Shown here piece after piece: positions 1-12,464 of a stretch of 64,000 bases of DNA. Under the pieces are notes generated by a model. It did no database searches. It had not been told where the DNA came from and was given only the letters and a program-made list of their open reading frames with translations. The DNA comes from an uncultured Alphaproteobacteria bacterium. GTDB lineage: Bacteria; Pseudomonadota; Alphaproteobacteria; HIMB59; GCA-002718135. The position numbers were made by a program, and so were the translations under genes. Each line of letters opens with the position of its first letter. Position 1 is the stretch's first letter. The stretch is from positions 73,005 to 137,004 of the forward strand of contig CACNLM010000001.1 of the NCBI GenBank assembly GCA_902621305.1, read 5' to 3'.

Positions 1-334
1 AGATCAATCCTTCACTCATATAATCCAATCTTCCAACACTAATCAATTGACCGATATTTTTTGGTAATAAATCAAAAATTTTCTTTCTACCTAAGTTATC
101 TTTTGTACTACAAATATATTTAATTGGTTTGTATAACTTCCACACTTCAACTTCATTTATTTTTTTAACAATTTTATTATTAACTTTAATAACATCCAAA
201 TCACTCACTTTATGACTTGGATGAACACATATTTGATTGTTAATTTTAATTTTTTTTTCAACTATTAGTTTTTCTGCATCTCTTCGTGAACAAATTCCAG
301 CACTAGATAGATATTTTGAAATTCTAATACTCAC
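1..334 (-). CDS. pseudouridine synthase, RsuA/RluB family (N-terminal part; gene runs off the window start)
   Basis: I translated the minus strand myself from GTG at 334-332. It reads VSIRISKYLSSAGICSRRDAEKLI (S4 RNA-binding domain) and later SVGRLDYMSEGLI (GRLD catalytic motif). The GTG overlaps the upstream TGA stop as GTGA (331-334). Confidence 0.8.
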   Translation of the reverse strand, partial: MSIRISKYLSSAGICSRRDAEKLIVEKKIKINNQICVHPSHKVSDLDVIKVNNKIVKKINEVEVWKLYKPIKYICSTKDNLGRKKIFDLLPKNIGQLISVGRLDYMSEGLI

Positions 335-1029
335 TTTGCTTCGTCAATAAATTTTTTGATTATTTTTATATCATATTTTGTAATTAAAAATTCAGGATGC
401 CATTGTAAGCCAATACACCATTTGTGTTTTTTATGCTCTATTCCTTCAATAACACCATCATTTGCTCTACTTGAAACATTTAAGCCCTTACCTACTTTTT
501 TTACTGACTGATGATGTGCACTATTAACATTTATTTTTTGAGTCCCACATATTTTATGTAGTTGAGTATTTTTTGAAATATTAACACTATGACTAGTTTG
601 ATTTCTTGGATTTACTTGTTCATGGTTTATTGGATCTTTTTTTAAATCTTGTATTAATGTTCCACCACATGCAACATTAATAAGTTGTGCACCGCCACAA
701 ATTCCCAATATAGGTTTGTTATATTCAAAAAATTTATTGAAAATATTTAATTCAAAATTTGTTCTCTTATTTTTAATATTTTTAGATTGAGTATTACTTG
801 TTTTATATAATTTGGGATCAATATCAAAATCTCCTCCAGTGATAATGAGACCATCAATTAAATGACAAAAATCATTAATATATTGTTTTTCATGTAACAA
901 AGGAAATGGGATAGCGTTAAATTTTGATAAAGAAGTTAGGTAATTTTCCCTTAATGCATACCATGGAAATTTTGAGTATGTTTTCTTTTTTTCACTATCA
1001 AGAGTTATTCCAATAATTGGTTTTTTCAT
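331..1029 (-). CDS. class I glutamine amidotransferase / gamma-glutamyl-GABA hydrolase family (peptidase C26)
   Basis: 232 aa. It has the nucleophile elbow GICGGAQL, then HHQSV and LQWHPE, which are typical of C26/PuuD-like amidotransferases. Confidence 0.8.
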   Translation of the reverse strand: MKKPIIGITLDSEKKKTYSKFPWYALRENYLTSLSKFNAIPFPLLHEKQYINDFCHLIDGLIITGGDFDIDPKLYKTSNTQSKNIKNKRTNFELNIFNKFFEYNKPILGICGGAQLINVACGGTLIQDLKKDPINHEQVNPRNQTSHSVNISKNTQLHKICGTQKINVNSAHHQSVKKVGKGLNVSSRANDGVIEGIEHKKHKWCIGLQWHPEFLITKYDIKIIKKFIDEAK

Positions 1030-1069
1030 TATAATTCAACTATAATGTACAACATAAGTGTGTTCCAGA

Positions 1070-1525
1070 ATGAACGTTGATTTTTTTATGAAAGAAGCAA
1101 TTATTGAAGCAGACAAAGCTTATATTTTAAATGAAGTTCCAGTTGGGGGAATACTTGTTGATAATACAACGAACAAAATTTTAGCCAGAAGTTATAATAC
1201 GGTAAATAAAGATAAAAATGCTATTAAACATTGTGAATTAAATCTTATTCAAAAAACTTGCGAAAGACTAAAGCTTAAATATTTAGAGAATATGACATTG
1301 TTTGTAACCTTAGAACCATGCACTATGTGCGCTAGTGCTATAAGTGAAGTGCATATTAAAAATGTTTATTTTGGTGCTTATGATGAAAAAAATGGAGGAA
1401 TTGAAAAACTACGAGTTGCTTTTCAAAGAGAAAATATATTTATGCCAACTATTTATGGTGGCATTATGGAAAAAGAATGTAGTAATTTATTAAAAAAATT
1501 TTTTAAAAATAAAAGTGATAGATAA
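1070..1525 (+). CDS. tadA: tRNA-specific adenosine deaminase
   Basis: It carries the CMP/dCMP deaminase zinc motifs HCELNLI and PCTMCASAI. The ORF opens at GTG 1058, but ATG 1070 (or 1088) is the more plausible start. Confidence 0.85.
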   Translation: MNVDFFMKEAIIEADKAYILNEVPVGGILVDNTTNKILARSYNTVNKDKNAIKHCELNLIQKTCERLKLKYLENMTLFVTLEPCTMCASAISEVHIKNVYFGAYDEKNGGIEKLRVAFQRENIFMPTIYGGIMEKECSNLLKKFFKNKSDR

Positions 1526-2846
1526 AATTAATATACCAGAGTTTGAAGTTTCAGAATTTAATCAAGCGTTTAAAGAAGTAATTGAGTCCAATTTTAATTA
1601 TGTAAGAATTAAAGGAGAGATTTCAGAGGTTAAAACTGCAACAAGAGGTCAAATCTATCTAACACTTAAAGACGAGGATTCTATTTTAAGTGGAGTTATT
1701 TGGGATCAGAAAAAAAAATATTTAGATATAAATCCAGAAATAGGACTAGAAATAATAGCAACTGGGAGAATCACTACTTGGTCTCGCTATAAAACTACTT
1801 ACCAAATAGATATTGATAAAATTGAAATTGCAGGAGAGGGAGCACTTTTAAAACTTATTGAAGAACGAAAAAAAAGACTACAAAAAAAAGGCTATTTTGA
1901 TGAGGATAAAAAAATCCCATTACCTTTTTTGCCTGAGAGATTAGGTATTATTACCTCTCCTACTGGCTCTGTAGTACATGACATAATAAATAGAGTGAAT
2001 GATCGTTTTCCAATGCCTTTAGATATATGGCCTGTATCTGTACAGGGCGTTGATTCAGCAGATAGTATTATAAATGCTATCGAAGGTTTCAATAAACTTA
2101 AATCTGCTAAACCAGATATTCTAATTATTGCTAGAGGTGGAGGAAGTACGGAAGATTTAATGGCATTCAATGATGAAAATCTTGCAACAAGTGTTTTTGA
2201 TTCAAAAATACCAATTATTTCAGCAATAGGTCATGAAACAGATACAACAATTATTGATTTAGTATCAGATTTAAGAGCGTCTACACCAACTGCGGCAGCT
2301 GAAAAAGCTACTCCAGTTAGATTTGAATTAATAGAAAAAATTAAAAATTTACAACTTAGATTAAACTCAAAAGTTAATTCACAAACTCAGTCCAAAAAGG
2401 AAAATTACGAATATTTAAACAAGTTTCTTAAATCTCCAAGCTTGATAGCTAATAATTATAAGGAGAAGCTTTTAGACGATATTAAAAATTTAACATTATC
2501 AATTGAAAATAAATTTAGTATATCAAAATTGAAGCTTCTTAACCTGGGAAAATCTATTGTTTCACCAGATTCATCAATAAATTTAAAACAAACAAAGATT
2601 ATCAATCTTTCAAAAAATCTTAATTTGAATATAGCCAATAATTACAAAGATAAGCTTGAAAAATATAAGTCTAATATAAGATTGCTCAATTCCAATTCTA
2701 TTTCTTCAAATCTTAAAAAAGGATACTCAATTTTGATGAATAAAAAGAAAATAGTTAAGACAAGTAAAAAAATTACTACTGACGATCAATTATCAGTAAA
2801 ACTTATTGATGGTACAATTGATATAAAAGTAACAAAAATTAACTAA
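1515..2846 (+). CDS. xseA: exodeoxyribonuclease VII large subunit
   Basis: 443 aa with an N-terminal OB fold (VRIKGEISEVKTATRGQIYLTLKDE). The catalytic core shows GIITSPTGSVVHDI, ARGGGS.EDL and SAIGHETD. The start is GTG and overlaps tadA by 11 nt. Confidence 0.9.
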   Translation: MIDKINIPEFEVSEFNQAFKEVIESNFNYVRIKGEISEVKTATRGQIYLTLKDEDSILSGVIWDQKKKYLDINPEIGLEIIATGRITTWSRYKTTYQIDIDKIEIAGEGALLKLIEERKKRLQKKGYFDEDKKIPLPFLPERLGIITSPTGSVVHDIINRVNDRFPMPLDIWPVSVQGVDSADSIINAIEGFNKLKSAKPDILIIARGGGSTEDLMAFNDENLATSVFDSKIPIISAIGHETDTTIIDLVSDLRASTPTAAAEKATPVRFELIEKIKNLQLRLNSKVNSQTQSKKENYEYLNKFLKSPSLIANNYKEKLLDDIKNLTLSIENKFSISKLKLLNLGKSIVSPDSSINLKQTKIINLSKNLNLNIANNYKDKLEKYKSNIRLLNSNSISSNLKKGYSILMNKKKIVKTSKKITTDDQLSVKLIDGTIDIKVTKIN

Positions 2847-3702
2847 ATCTTTTATGCTGCCAGAACCATTGACTAGGTTCTGCTTTAATCCACTGTTCAA
2901 TCTTATTATGAATTTCTTCCATCATCTGAGTATCATTAATTTCTAAATTATTATGATAAAGTGGCTCTAAAAATGTTAGCTCAATATTCCCATTATCAAT
3001 TCTTTTATTTTGTATTGGGATTATTGGTAAGTTATATTTTCTAGCTATTTTTAAAAAACCTGTTTGTGTTTTAACTTTTTTATTAAAAAACATTACTTCT
3101 TCTCCTGAGGAGTCTTTTTGATCTATCAATAATACAATTGATAAAGAATTGTTTATTGCATCAACAACATCTTTAGCACTTTTCTTACCTTTGGGAGTGT
3201 AAAAGCTATTTTTAGAAACAAGAGAATTTTGTCTAATATTAAGTATTAGTTTATCAATAAAATTATTGTTTATATGCCGATAAATGCCACCAATATTAAT
3301 GCCAATTCTATCTAAACCTGGAACTAATACTTCCCAATTAGATTGATGAATACTAATAAAAATTGCTTGTTTTTTGTTTTTAATAAAATCTTCTATATTT
3401 TCAAGATTGATATATTTTATTTTATTTTTAATAAAAATATCATTTATTCTTAGAAGTTCACAAACTGTAATTCCAAGATTGTTCCAACTTTTTTTAATAA
3501 TATTCTGTATTTCTTCATCTTTAAGATTTGGGAAAACATACTTACAGTTATTTATAGCTGTTTTGTTGGCTCGTGAAAATTTGCCAAAAGTTCTAAATAA
3601 AAATGATGAGATTTTCAAAGATAAATTGAGTGGTAAAACCCTATATAAAAAATAAATAAAAATAAATCCAATATACTGTAAAAAGTAAATTATTTGTTTC
3701 AT
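2839..3702 (-). CDS. lipid A biosynthesis (lauroyl/KDO-dependent) acyltransferase, LpxL/HtrB family
   Basis: 287 aa with an N-terminal TM segment and the HX4(D/E) acyltransferase motif (HQSNWE). It sits in a lipid A gene context. Confidence 0.8.
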   Translation of the reverse strand: MKQIIYFLQYIGFIFIYFLYRVLPLNLSLKISSFLFRTFGKFSRANKTAINNCKYVFPNLKDEEIQNIIKKSWNNLGITVCELLRINDIFIKNKIKYINLENIEDFIKNKKQAIFISIHQSNWEVLVPGLDRIGINIGGIYRHINNNFIDKLILNIRQNSLVSKNSFYTPKGKKSAKDVVDAINNSLSIVLLIDQKDSSGEEVMFFNKKVKTQTGFLKIARKYNLPIIPIQNKRIDNGNIELTFLEPLYHNNLEINDTQMMEEIHNKIEQWIKAEPSQWFWQHKRFS

Positions 3703-4697
3703 ATTGCTAAATCATTAATTTTATTTTCTAGTACATTACTTAAAATCTCTTTTAGCAAATTTTCATCTTCAAATCTGATTTCACCATTAAGCGTGCTGAC
3801 TAAAGAACGATATGATTTTGGTATTCTTACAAAATCTTTTTTTGTAGTAACCAATACAGATTTTGTAAGATTAGCATTTTCTGCAAGATTTAACATGTCA
3901 TTTTCATCAAATATATGATGATCTGGATAGCTAATTTTTTTTTCTAAAATAGCGCCTTGTTCACTTAGTGAATTATAAAATTTTTCAGGATAAGCAATGC
4001 CTGCAAAAGCTGTTACTTTTTGGTTTTTATAAATTTTATTATCTGTACTAATTTGAAATTTTGCATGAATAATAGGAACAGTGCTAGGAATTTTATCTTT
4101 AACATCTTGAGCAATTTCACCAATTACAATTACTAAATTTGCTCTAGAAATACCTCTTGATATGCTTTCCCTAAGAGGTCCAGAAGGAATAACTCGTTTA
4201 TTTCCAAATCCTTGTTCACCATTAATTACTACAATTGAAAAATCTTTTTGAAGAGTTGGATTTTGAAAGCCATCATCCATAATTATACAGTCAGCACCTT
4301 TTTCTTTAGCTAAAATAAAGGATTTATTTCTATCCTGACCAATCCAAGTTGGAGCAACTTCAGCTAACAACAATGATTCATCTCCAACACTTTTTGCCGA
4401 ATGCCACTCTTTAACGAGAACATTAGATGTTTCAACTCCACCATAACCCCTTGAAACAAAGTGAGGATTGTATCCATTAAGTTTTAATAAATTTCCAATT
4501 TTTAATGCAACAGGTGTTTTACCAGCACCTCCCACCACTATATTCCCAATACAAATTACAGGAATTCCAGAAGATGTTTTTCTACTAACAAAATTTCTTA
4601 TTTTAGTTCCAAATCTAAACAGTAATGAGAGTGGATATAAGGAATTTGATAAGTATGTGTCATTTTTTTTATACCAAAATTTAGGAGCTTTAAGCAT
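3699..4697 (-). CDS. lpxK: tetraacyldisaccharide 4'-kinase
   Basis: The N-terminus PKFWYKK and the P-loop GNIVVGGAGKTP are typical of LpxK. I chose the internal ATG at 4697, which lies 1 nt after the waaA stop, rather than the ORF-track start at 4775. Confidence 0.9.
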   Translation of the reverse strand: MLKAPKFWYKKNDTYLSNSLYPLSLLFRFGTKIRNFVSRKTSSGIPVICIGNIVVGGAGKTPVALKIGNLLKLNGYNPHFVSRGYGGVETSNVLVKEWHSAKSVGDESLLLAEVAPTWIGQDRNKSFILAKEKGADCIIMDDGFQNPTLQKDFSIVVINGEQGFGNKRVIPSGPLRESISRGISRANLVIVIGEIAQDVKDKIPSTVPIIHAKFQISTDNKIYKNQKVTAFAGIAYPEKFYNSLSEQGAILEKKISYPDHHIFDENDMLNLAENANLTKSVLVTTKKDFVRIPKSYRSLVSTLNGEIRFEDENLLKEILSNVLENKINDLAI

Positions 4698-4698
4698 T

Positions 4699-5919
4699 TT
4701 AATTAATGTACTTTTCGATGTCTTTGAAAAGCTTTTCTTTTTCAAAGAAAGATCTATTAGAAAACTCAATTGCATTTGCTTGAATTTTTTTTACTTCAAA
4801 ATTATTATTTAGTAATTCTTTCATCTTTACATCAATATCTTCAAACTTATTTACCATTATACATGAATTTGCTTTTACCATATCTTCATAAATATTAGTC
4901 CAATTATCAACATAATTACCGCTAATAATAGCACATCCATAGCTTGCAGGCTCTATAGGATTATGTCCACCAATATTTTTGAAAAAAGAACCACCTAAAA
5001 TAACTAAATCACTAATTTTAAAATATTGATCTAATTTTCCAAAACTATCAATTACTACGATATTATTTTCTTCAATTTCTTTTTTAGATTCTATAGAAAT
5101 ATTAAATCCCTCTTTATTTAATTCTTGCTTAATTGTACCAATTCTCTCTGGATGCCTCGGTGCAAGGTAAATTTTTAAATTAAATTCATGTATTGTTTTT
5201 TTAATACATTTAATTATTTCTTTTTCTTCATTAGAATGAGTACTTGCAATCATAATTGTATTTGATTGATCTTTATTTATTGAAGAATTATTTTTATTCT
5301 TAGCTAATTTTAAATTTCCAATATAATCAATTTGTAAGTTTGTTAATTCTTGAATTCTTTTTTTGTCATCTTTGCTTTGCGCTAAAATTTTATTAAAACT
5401 CTTTAATGAATTTCTGTAGAAATTTTTTGTACTTTTCCATTTTTTAAAAGAAGCTGGAGAAATCCTTGCATTTAAATATAAACAATTGATATTTTTAACT
5501 CTAATTTTATTAAGCATATTTGGCCAAATATCCGACTCTATCCATAGAATCAGATTTGGCTTCCAAAAGTTTAAAAATCTTGAACACCACAGAGACACAT
5601 CAAATGGGATGTATTGATGGATGATTTTATTTTTATAAAACTCCTCAATATATTCTGCTGAAGATTTTGTTGTTGTAGTAACTAAAATATCAAATACTTT
5701 ATGATATCGTTCTATGATTACATCTGAAGATTTAAATTCGCCAATACTTGCTGCATGTATCCATAAAATTTTTTTCTCATTATTTTTTTTTACCGTTGGT
5801 TTACCAAACCTTTCAAAAAATCTTAGTCTATCCTCTTTTTTTCTATAAATCCTAATAAATATATTAAAAATAATTACTGGTACCAGAAGAGTACTGAGTA
5901 TTTGATATATTCTAAGCAT
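4699..5919 (-). CDS. waaA: 3-deoxy-D-manno-octulosonic acid (KDO) transferase
   Basis: 406 aa with an N-terminal TM segment and WIHAASIGE. The GT-B C-terminal half shows APRHPER and GGSF..GGHNPIEP. Confidence 0.9.
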   Translation of the reverse strand: MLRIYQILSTLLVPVIIFNIFIRIYRKKEDRLRFFERFGKPTVKKNNEKKILWIHAASIGEFKSSDVIIERYHKVFDILVTTTTKSSAEYIEEFYKNKIIHQYIPFDVSLWCSRFLNFWKPNLILWIESDIWPNMLNKIRVKNINCLYLNARISPASFKKWKSTKNFYRNSLKSFNKILAQSKDDKKRIQELTNLQIDYIGNLKLAKNKNNSSINKDQSNTIMIASTHSNEEKEIIKCIKKTIHEFNLKIYLAPRHPERIGTIKQELNKEGFNISIESKKEIEENNIVVIDSFGKLDQYFKISDLVILGGSFFKNIGGHNPIEPASYGCAIISGNYVDNWTNIYEDMVKANSCIMVNKFEDIDVKMKELLNNNFEVKKIQANAIEFSNRSFFEKEKLFKDIEKYIN

Positions 5920-6583
5920 TTAGATTTTTTTCTGCTGATTCCATGCAATCATTAATTTTTTTTTCCAAGAAGTTCTTATATTTGTCTAAATCATCATCTT
6001 TAGTAGAAGAAGGAATAGTAATTGGTTCACCCCAGACAAATTTACATTTTGAAAATGGATATGTTATTAAAAATGAGTCCCAAGATTTAAGTTTAAGATT
6101 TTTATTTGAGGCAAAACCAAGTGGTATAATTGGGACTTGAGAATGAATTGCAATTTTTATAATTCCTTCTGAGACTTTTTTATTTGGTCCTCTTGGTCCA
6201 TCAGGAGTAATACCAATATAATTTCTATCTTTTAAAATTTTAAATACTTTCCTTAGTGAAGGTGATTTATTTTTTGACATTATAGAAACATTTTTTAAAT
6301 TAAAATGACCTGCAATATATGCACCAAATCGACCATCACTATGACTAGATGCTAACATATTTAACACAGCTTTACTTTTCCATACATGTCCTATCATCAT
6401 CAATTGACCATGCCAAAATGCTAAAATAAAAGGTTTATTCTCTCTCCACAATTTTTCTGGTAACTCAGAGTTTATAATCTGTATTTTAGAGGTGTAACAT
6501 ACGAATAAGATATATAGGTAACCTATAAATGCCAAAATTTTTTGAGATATAGAAAATTTAAAAATTTTTTTTTTAAAACTCAT
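5912..6583 (-). CDS. DUF374-type lysophospholipid acyltransferase family protein
   Basis: 223 aa with AFWHGQ and ITPDGPRGP motifs. It occupies the conserved position between msbA and waaA. Confidence 0.75.
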   Translation of the reverse strand: MSFKKKIFKFSISQKILAFIGYLYILFVCYTSKIQIINSELPEKLWRENKPFILAFWHGQLMMIGHVWKSKAVLNMLASSHSDGRFGAYIAGHFNLKNVSIMSKNKSPSLRKVFKILKDRNYIGITPDGPRGPNKKVSEGIIKIAIHSQVPIIPLGFASNKNLKLKSWDSFLITYPFSKCKFVWGEPITIPSSTKDDDLDKYKNFLEKKINDCMESAEKNLNA

Positions 6584-8321
6584 TTTCCAACTGTTCTCTT
6601 AGTTGTAATTTTTTATAAATCGTTGATTTAGAAATTAACTCTTCATGTTTTCCTTGACTTTCAATTTTGCCTTTATCTAAAACATAGATAATGTCTGCGT
6701 CTTCTATTGTGCTTAATCTATGTGCAATTATTAATTTGGTTTTATTATTCATCAGACTATTTATTGTTTCATGAATTTTATTTTCAGTTATGTTATCTAA
6801 AGAAGATGTAGCTTCATCCATAATTAAAAGTGGCGCATCTTTTATTAAAGCTCGGGCAATAGCAATTCTTTGTCGCTGTCCACCTGATAATTTTACGCCA
6901 TTTTCTCCAATAACAGTGTCTAGTTTTTGATCCAATCCTTCTGAAAAACTACTCACCCCAGCATTTTTAGCGACTAAACTAATCTCTTCATCAGTTGCTT
7001 TAAGGTTTCCATATTTAATATTGTTAAAAATACTTTCATTAAATAAAATTGTCTCTTGAGTTACTATTGAAACACTATTTCTTACATCTGTCAGATCTAA
7101 TTCTTTTATATCTATGGAATTAATTAATATAGAACCTGAATAATTATCATATAATCGCAAAATTATATTTGCTATCGTTGATTTACCAGATCCAGATAAG
7201 CCAACTAACGCAACTTTTTTTCCTTTTGGTATTCTTAAACTTATTTTATCAAGTACTGTATTATCGTTATATGCAAATGAAACATCTTTAAAAACAATAT
7301 CTCCATCTAGATCTATAGTTTTTTTTGGAGAAATATTTTCCATATTTTTTTCGCTTGTATCTAAAAGTTTAAATATTCTCTCAGCCCCAGCTAGGCCTTC
7401 CTGGACACTAATATTTAGATTTCCAAGTGCCTTTACTGGTTGATAAGCCAGAAGAAGACTTACTAAAAAACTCATAAATTGACCTGTTGTCATACTTTCA
7501 TTTAAGACAAAAACACCCCCAGCATAAATTGAGAGTGCTACAGCTAAACTTCCAATAAATTCCATTAAAGGGCTTAAGCGATTGCTAATAAAAGCAGATT
7601 TTGTAAAATATTTTTGAATGAAACTAATTGTTTCAAAAGCTCTTTGTTTTTCATAGTTTTCCCTTGAGTATGCTTTGACTTGTCTAATACCTTTAATGCT
7701 CTCAGCTAACACATTGGAAAAAACTGCAATTTCGTTTTGGATAGTGTAAGTAATTTTTCTTATACTCTTCCCAATTTTTCTTATGGGCCAGATCGCTAAA
7801 GGGAATGCAAAAAAAGCAAAAAGAGTTAGGGTCCAACTTTGGTAAAACATATTACCTAGTAAAAATATAATAACTAAAACATCTTTTATTATTCCTGTTA
7901 CAGATTTAACTATTGCAAGTCTTAAGTAGTAAGTATCATTGATGAGTCTTGAAATTAAATTACCTGACTTAGAGTCATTATAAAATTTCATATTCAAATA
8001 CATGAGTTTTTCAAACATCTGAGTTTGAAGTTTTGCAATAATAGAATGTGCAACTTTACTCATTTGATAAGAGTGAGTATATGTTGCCAGTCCTTTACAG
8101 AGGGTCACTATAATTATTGCAATTGGAATTAAAAATAACATTTCTTTATTACCTTTGATTAAGACTTCATCAAGCGCAGGTCTTACTAACCAAGCATGTA
8201 AACCTGTTGCTGCTGCTGAGATAACCATCATCAATAAAGCTAATATTATTTTGAGTTTATGACTCATTAAATAATGAAAAACTATTCTTGAAGTAACTGA
8301 CTGTTTTTTATCTGAAGACAT
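6573..8321 (-). CDS. msbA: lipid A export ABC transporter (fused permease/ATPase), MsbA family
   Basis: 582 aa with six predicted TM segments followed by an ABC domain. The ABC domain shows Walker A GLSGSGKST, signature LSGGQRQR and Walker B LLIMDEATS. Confidence 0.9.
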   Translation of the reverse strand: MSSDKKQSVTSRIVFHYLMSHKLKIILALLMMVISAAATGLHAWLVRPALDEVLIKGNKEMLFLIPIAIIIVTLCKGLATYTHSYQMSKVAHSIIAKLQTQMFEKLMYLNMKFYNDSKSGNLISRLINDTYYLRLAIVKSVTGIIKDVLVIIFLLGNMFYQSWTLTLFAFFAFPLAIWPIRKIGKSIRKITYTIQNEIAVFSNVLAESIKGIRQVKAYSRENYEKQRAFETISFIQKYFTKSAFISNRLSPLMEFIGSLAVALSIYAGGVFVLNESMTTGQFMSFLVSLLLAYQPVKALGNLNISVQEGLAGAERIFKLLDTSEKNMENISPKKTIDLDGDIVFKDVSFAYNDNTVLDKISLRIPKGKKVALVGLSGSGKSTIANIILRLYDNYSGSILINSIDIKELDLTDVRNSVSIVTQETILFNESIFNNIKYGNLKATDEEISLVAKNAGVSSFSEGLDQKLDTVIGENGVKLSGGQRQRIAIARALIKDAPLLIMDEATSSLDNITENKIHETINSLMNNKTKLIIAHRLSTIEDADIIYVLDKGKIESQGKHEELISKSTIYKKLQLREQLENEF

Positions 8322-9184
8322 TAAAAAGTATGTAAAAGTAAAAATAACATAATTGCAAAAATATTATTTTGTCTGAAATAATAATTTGAACTTAACGGCG
8401 ATGTTATATCCCATTTCTGAATTGCTATATACGTACAAATTGCGATAGTGGCTATAATAATTGAACTAAGTAAAAAATTTGAGGAATTCCATACGAAATA
8501 AGACAATATAATTAAGATAATAAGATAACATGTTTGAACAAATTTTTTACCATTTTTATCAAAATAAACTGCAGTAGATTTAATTTTATTTAAAACATCA
8601 TCTGACCTATCTTGGTAGGCATAAATCGTATCATATGCTAACGTCCAAAAAATACATACAAAATACAATAAAAGAAAATCAAATGTAATTCGTGTATTAA
8701 ATTGGATTGAAACTATTAGCACACCCCAACTAAAAATAATTCCAAGTAATAATTGTGGGAAGAAAGTTATTCTTTTCATAAAAGGATATAAAATAACAAA
8801 TGGCACACTTAATAAACCTAATACAATTGATTTAAAATTAAACTCGAGAAGAATAAAAAAACTAATTACCAATAATATTATTAATAATAATATCGCTTCA
8901 GTAATAGAAATCTTTTTTGATGCTAAAGGTCTAAATTTAGTACGTGTAACTTTTTGATCAAAATCAATATCAATAATGTCATTAATTATACAACCCGCAC
9001 TTCTCATTAAAAAAGAACCAATTAAAAAAAGTATATACCAAAATAATAGTTTAGAAGTTTCTGTTTTTAGTAACGCTAAACCAAACCAGCAAGGCCACAT
9101 TAATAGAAGGAAGCCAATAGGTTTGTTAAGTCTGATTAACTCGCAGTAATCAAATATTTTTTTTACAACTAAGTTATCCCACAT
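8321..9184 (-). CDS. ubiA: 4-hydroxybenzoate polyprenyltransferase
   Basis: A polytopic membrane protein with the UbiA motif NDIIDIDFDQKVTRTKFRPLAS and a second Asp-rich box, YAYQDRSDD. Confidence 0.85.
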   Translation of the reverse strand: MWDNLVVKKIFDYCELIRLNKPIGFLLLMWPCWFGLALLKTETSKLLFWYILFLIGSFLMRSAGCIINDIIDIDFDQKVTRTKFRPLASKKISITEAILLLIILLVISFFILLEFNFKSIVLGLLSVPFVILYPFMKRITFFPQLLLGIIFSWGVLIVSIQFNTRITFDFLLLYFVCIFWTLAYDTIYAYQDRSDDVLNKIKSTAVYFDKNGKKFVQTCYLIILIILSYFVWNSSNFLLSSIIIATIAICTYIAIQKWDITSPLSSNYYFRQNNIFAIMLFLLLHTF

Positions 9185-9219
9185 ATTTGAATATAATGTT
9201 ATAATTCTAAACTATTGTA

Positions 9220-9951
9220 ATGAAAATGTCTAAAACACGATTATTTGTATCAAAAAAATTATCAGCCAATATTTTAATTTATATAAAAAATAAGCAGCAT
9301 CACTTTCTGAAAAATGTTCTCAGAATCAAAAAAGAAGATAACATAAATTTATTCGATGGTTTGACAGGTGAGTGGCTATCTAAAGTAATTTCTATCAATA
9401 GAGATAACATTGTTTTACAAATACAAAACAAATTGAGAGATATTCCTCAAGAATCCGATTTATGGCTTATATTTGCTCCAATCAAATTTTATAGAATGAA
9501 TATCACCATTCAAAAAGCTACCGAGCTTGGCATTTCTAGATTTATTCCAATTTTGACAGAATATACAAATCAATCAAAAATAAATTTTAAAAATTTTGAA
9601 TTAAATATGATTGAAGCATCAGAACAATCTGAGAGATTGTCAATTCCGACTTTAGAAAAAACAATTAAACTAGATTATTTAGTTGACAATTTTCCATCTG
9701 ATAGAGGGTTAGTATTTTGTGACGAAGGAAATGAAAATTTACCAACTATTTACAATGCATTAATTAATGAAACAAAAAAATACAAAAAATGGTCTGTCAT
9801 TATTGGACCTGAAGGTGGTTTTTCTGAAAAGGAACGAACAACTATCTCTTCTTTGCCTTCATGTATATCCGTCTCTTTGGGAAAAAGAATTCTACGATCA
9901 GACACTGCAACTACTGCTGCAATTTTTTCTATTCAATCGGTTATTGAATAA
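9220..9951 (+). CDS. rsmE: 16S rRNA (uracil1498-N3)-methyltransferase
   Basis: 243 aa with a SPOUT fold and the C-terminal signature IIGPEGGFSEKE ... LGKRILRSDTA. Confidence 0.85.
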   Translation: MKMSKTRLFVSKKLSANILIYIKNKQHHFLKNVLRIKKEDNINLFDGLTGEWLSKVISINRDNIVLQIQNKLRDIPQESDLWLIFAPIKFYRMNITIQKATELGISRFIPILTEYTNQSKINFKNFELNMIEASEQSERLSIPTLEKTIKLDYLVDNFPSDRGLVFCDEGNENLPTIYNALINETKKYKKWSVIIGPEGGFSEKERTTISSLPSCISVSLGKRILRSDTATTAAIFSIQSVIE

Positions 9952-10049
9952 ATCATAATGAGCGACAACCTGTCCTAGAATTTTGCCTCTAAATCACTGG
10001 TTAATTTACTGAATAATTTATTTATTAGTGTATACAATAATTAAATAAG

Positions 10050-12459
<2,410 letters not shown>

Positions 12460-12464
12460 TAATT

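Noticed and set aside
4698-4775. 26-codon N-terminal extension of lpxK overlapping waaA
   Set aside because: The internal ATG at 4697 gives the canonical LpxK N-terminus (PKFWY) and abuts the waaA stop.
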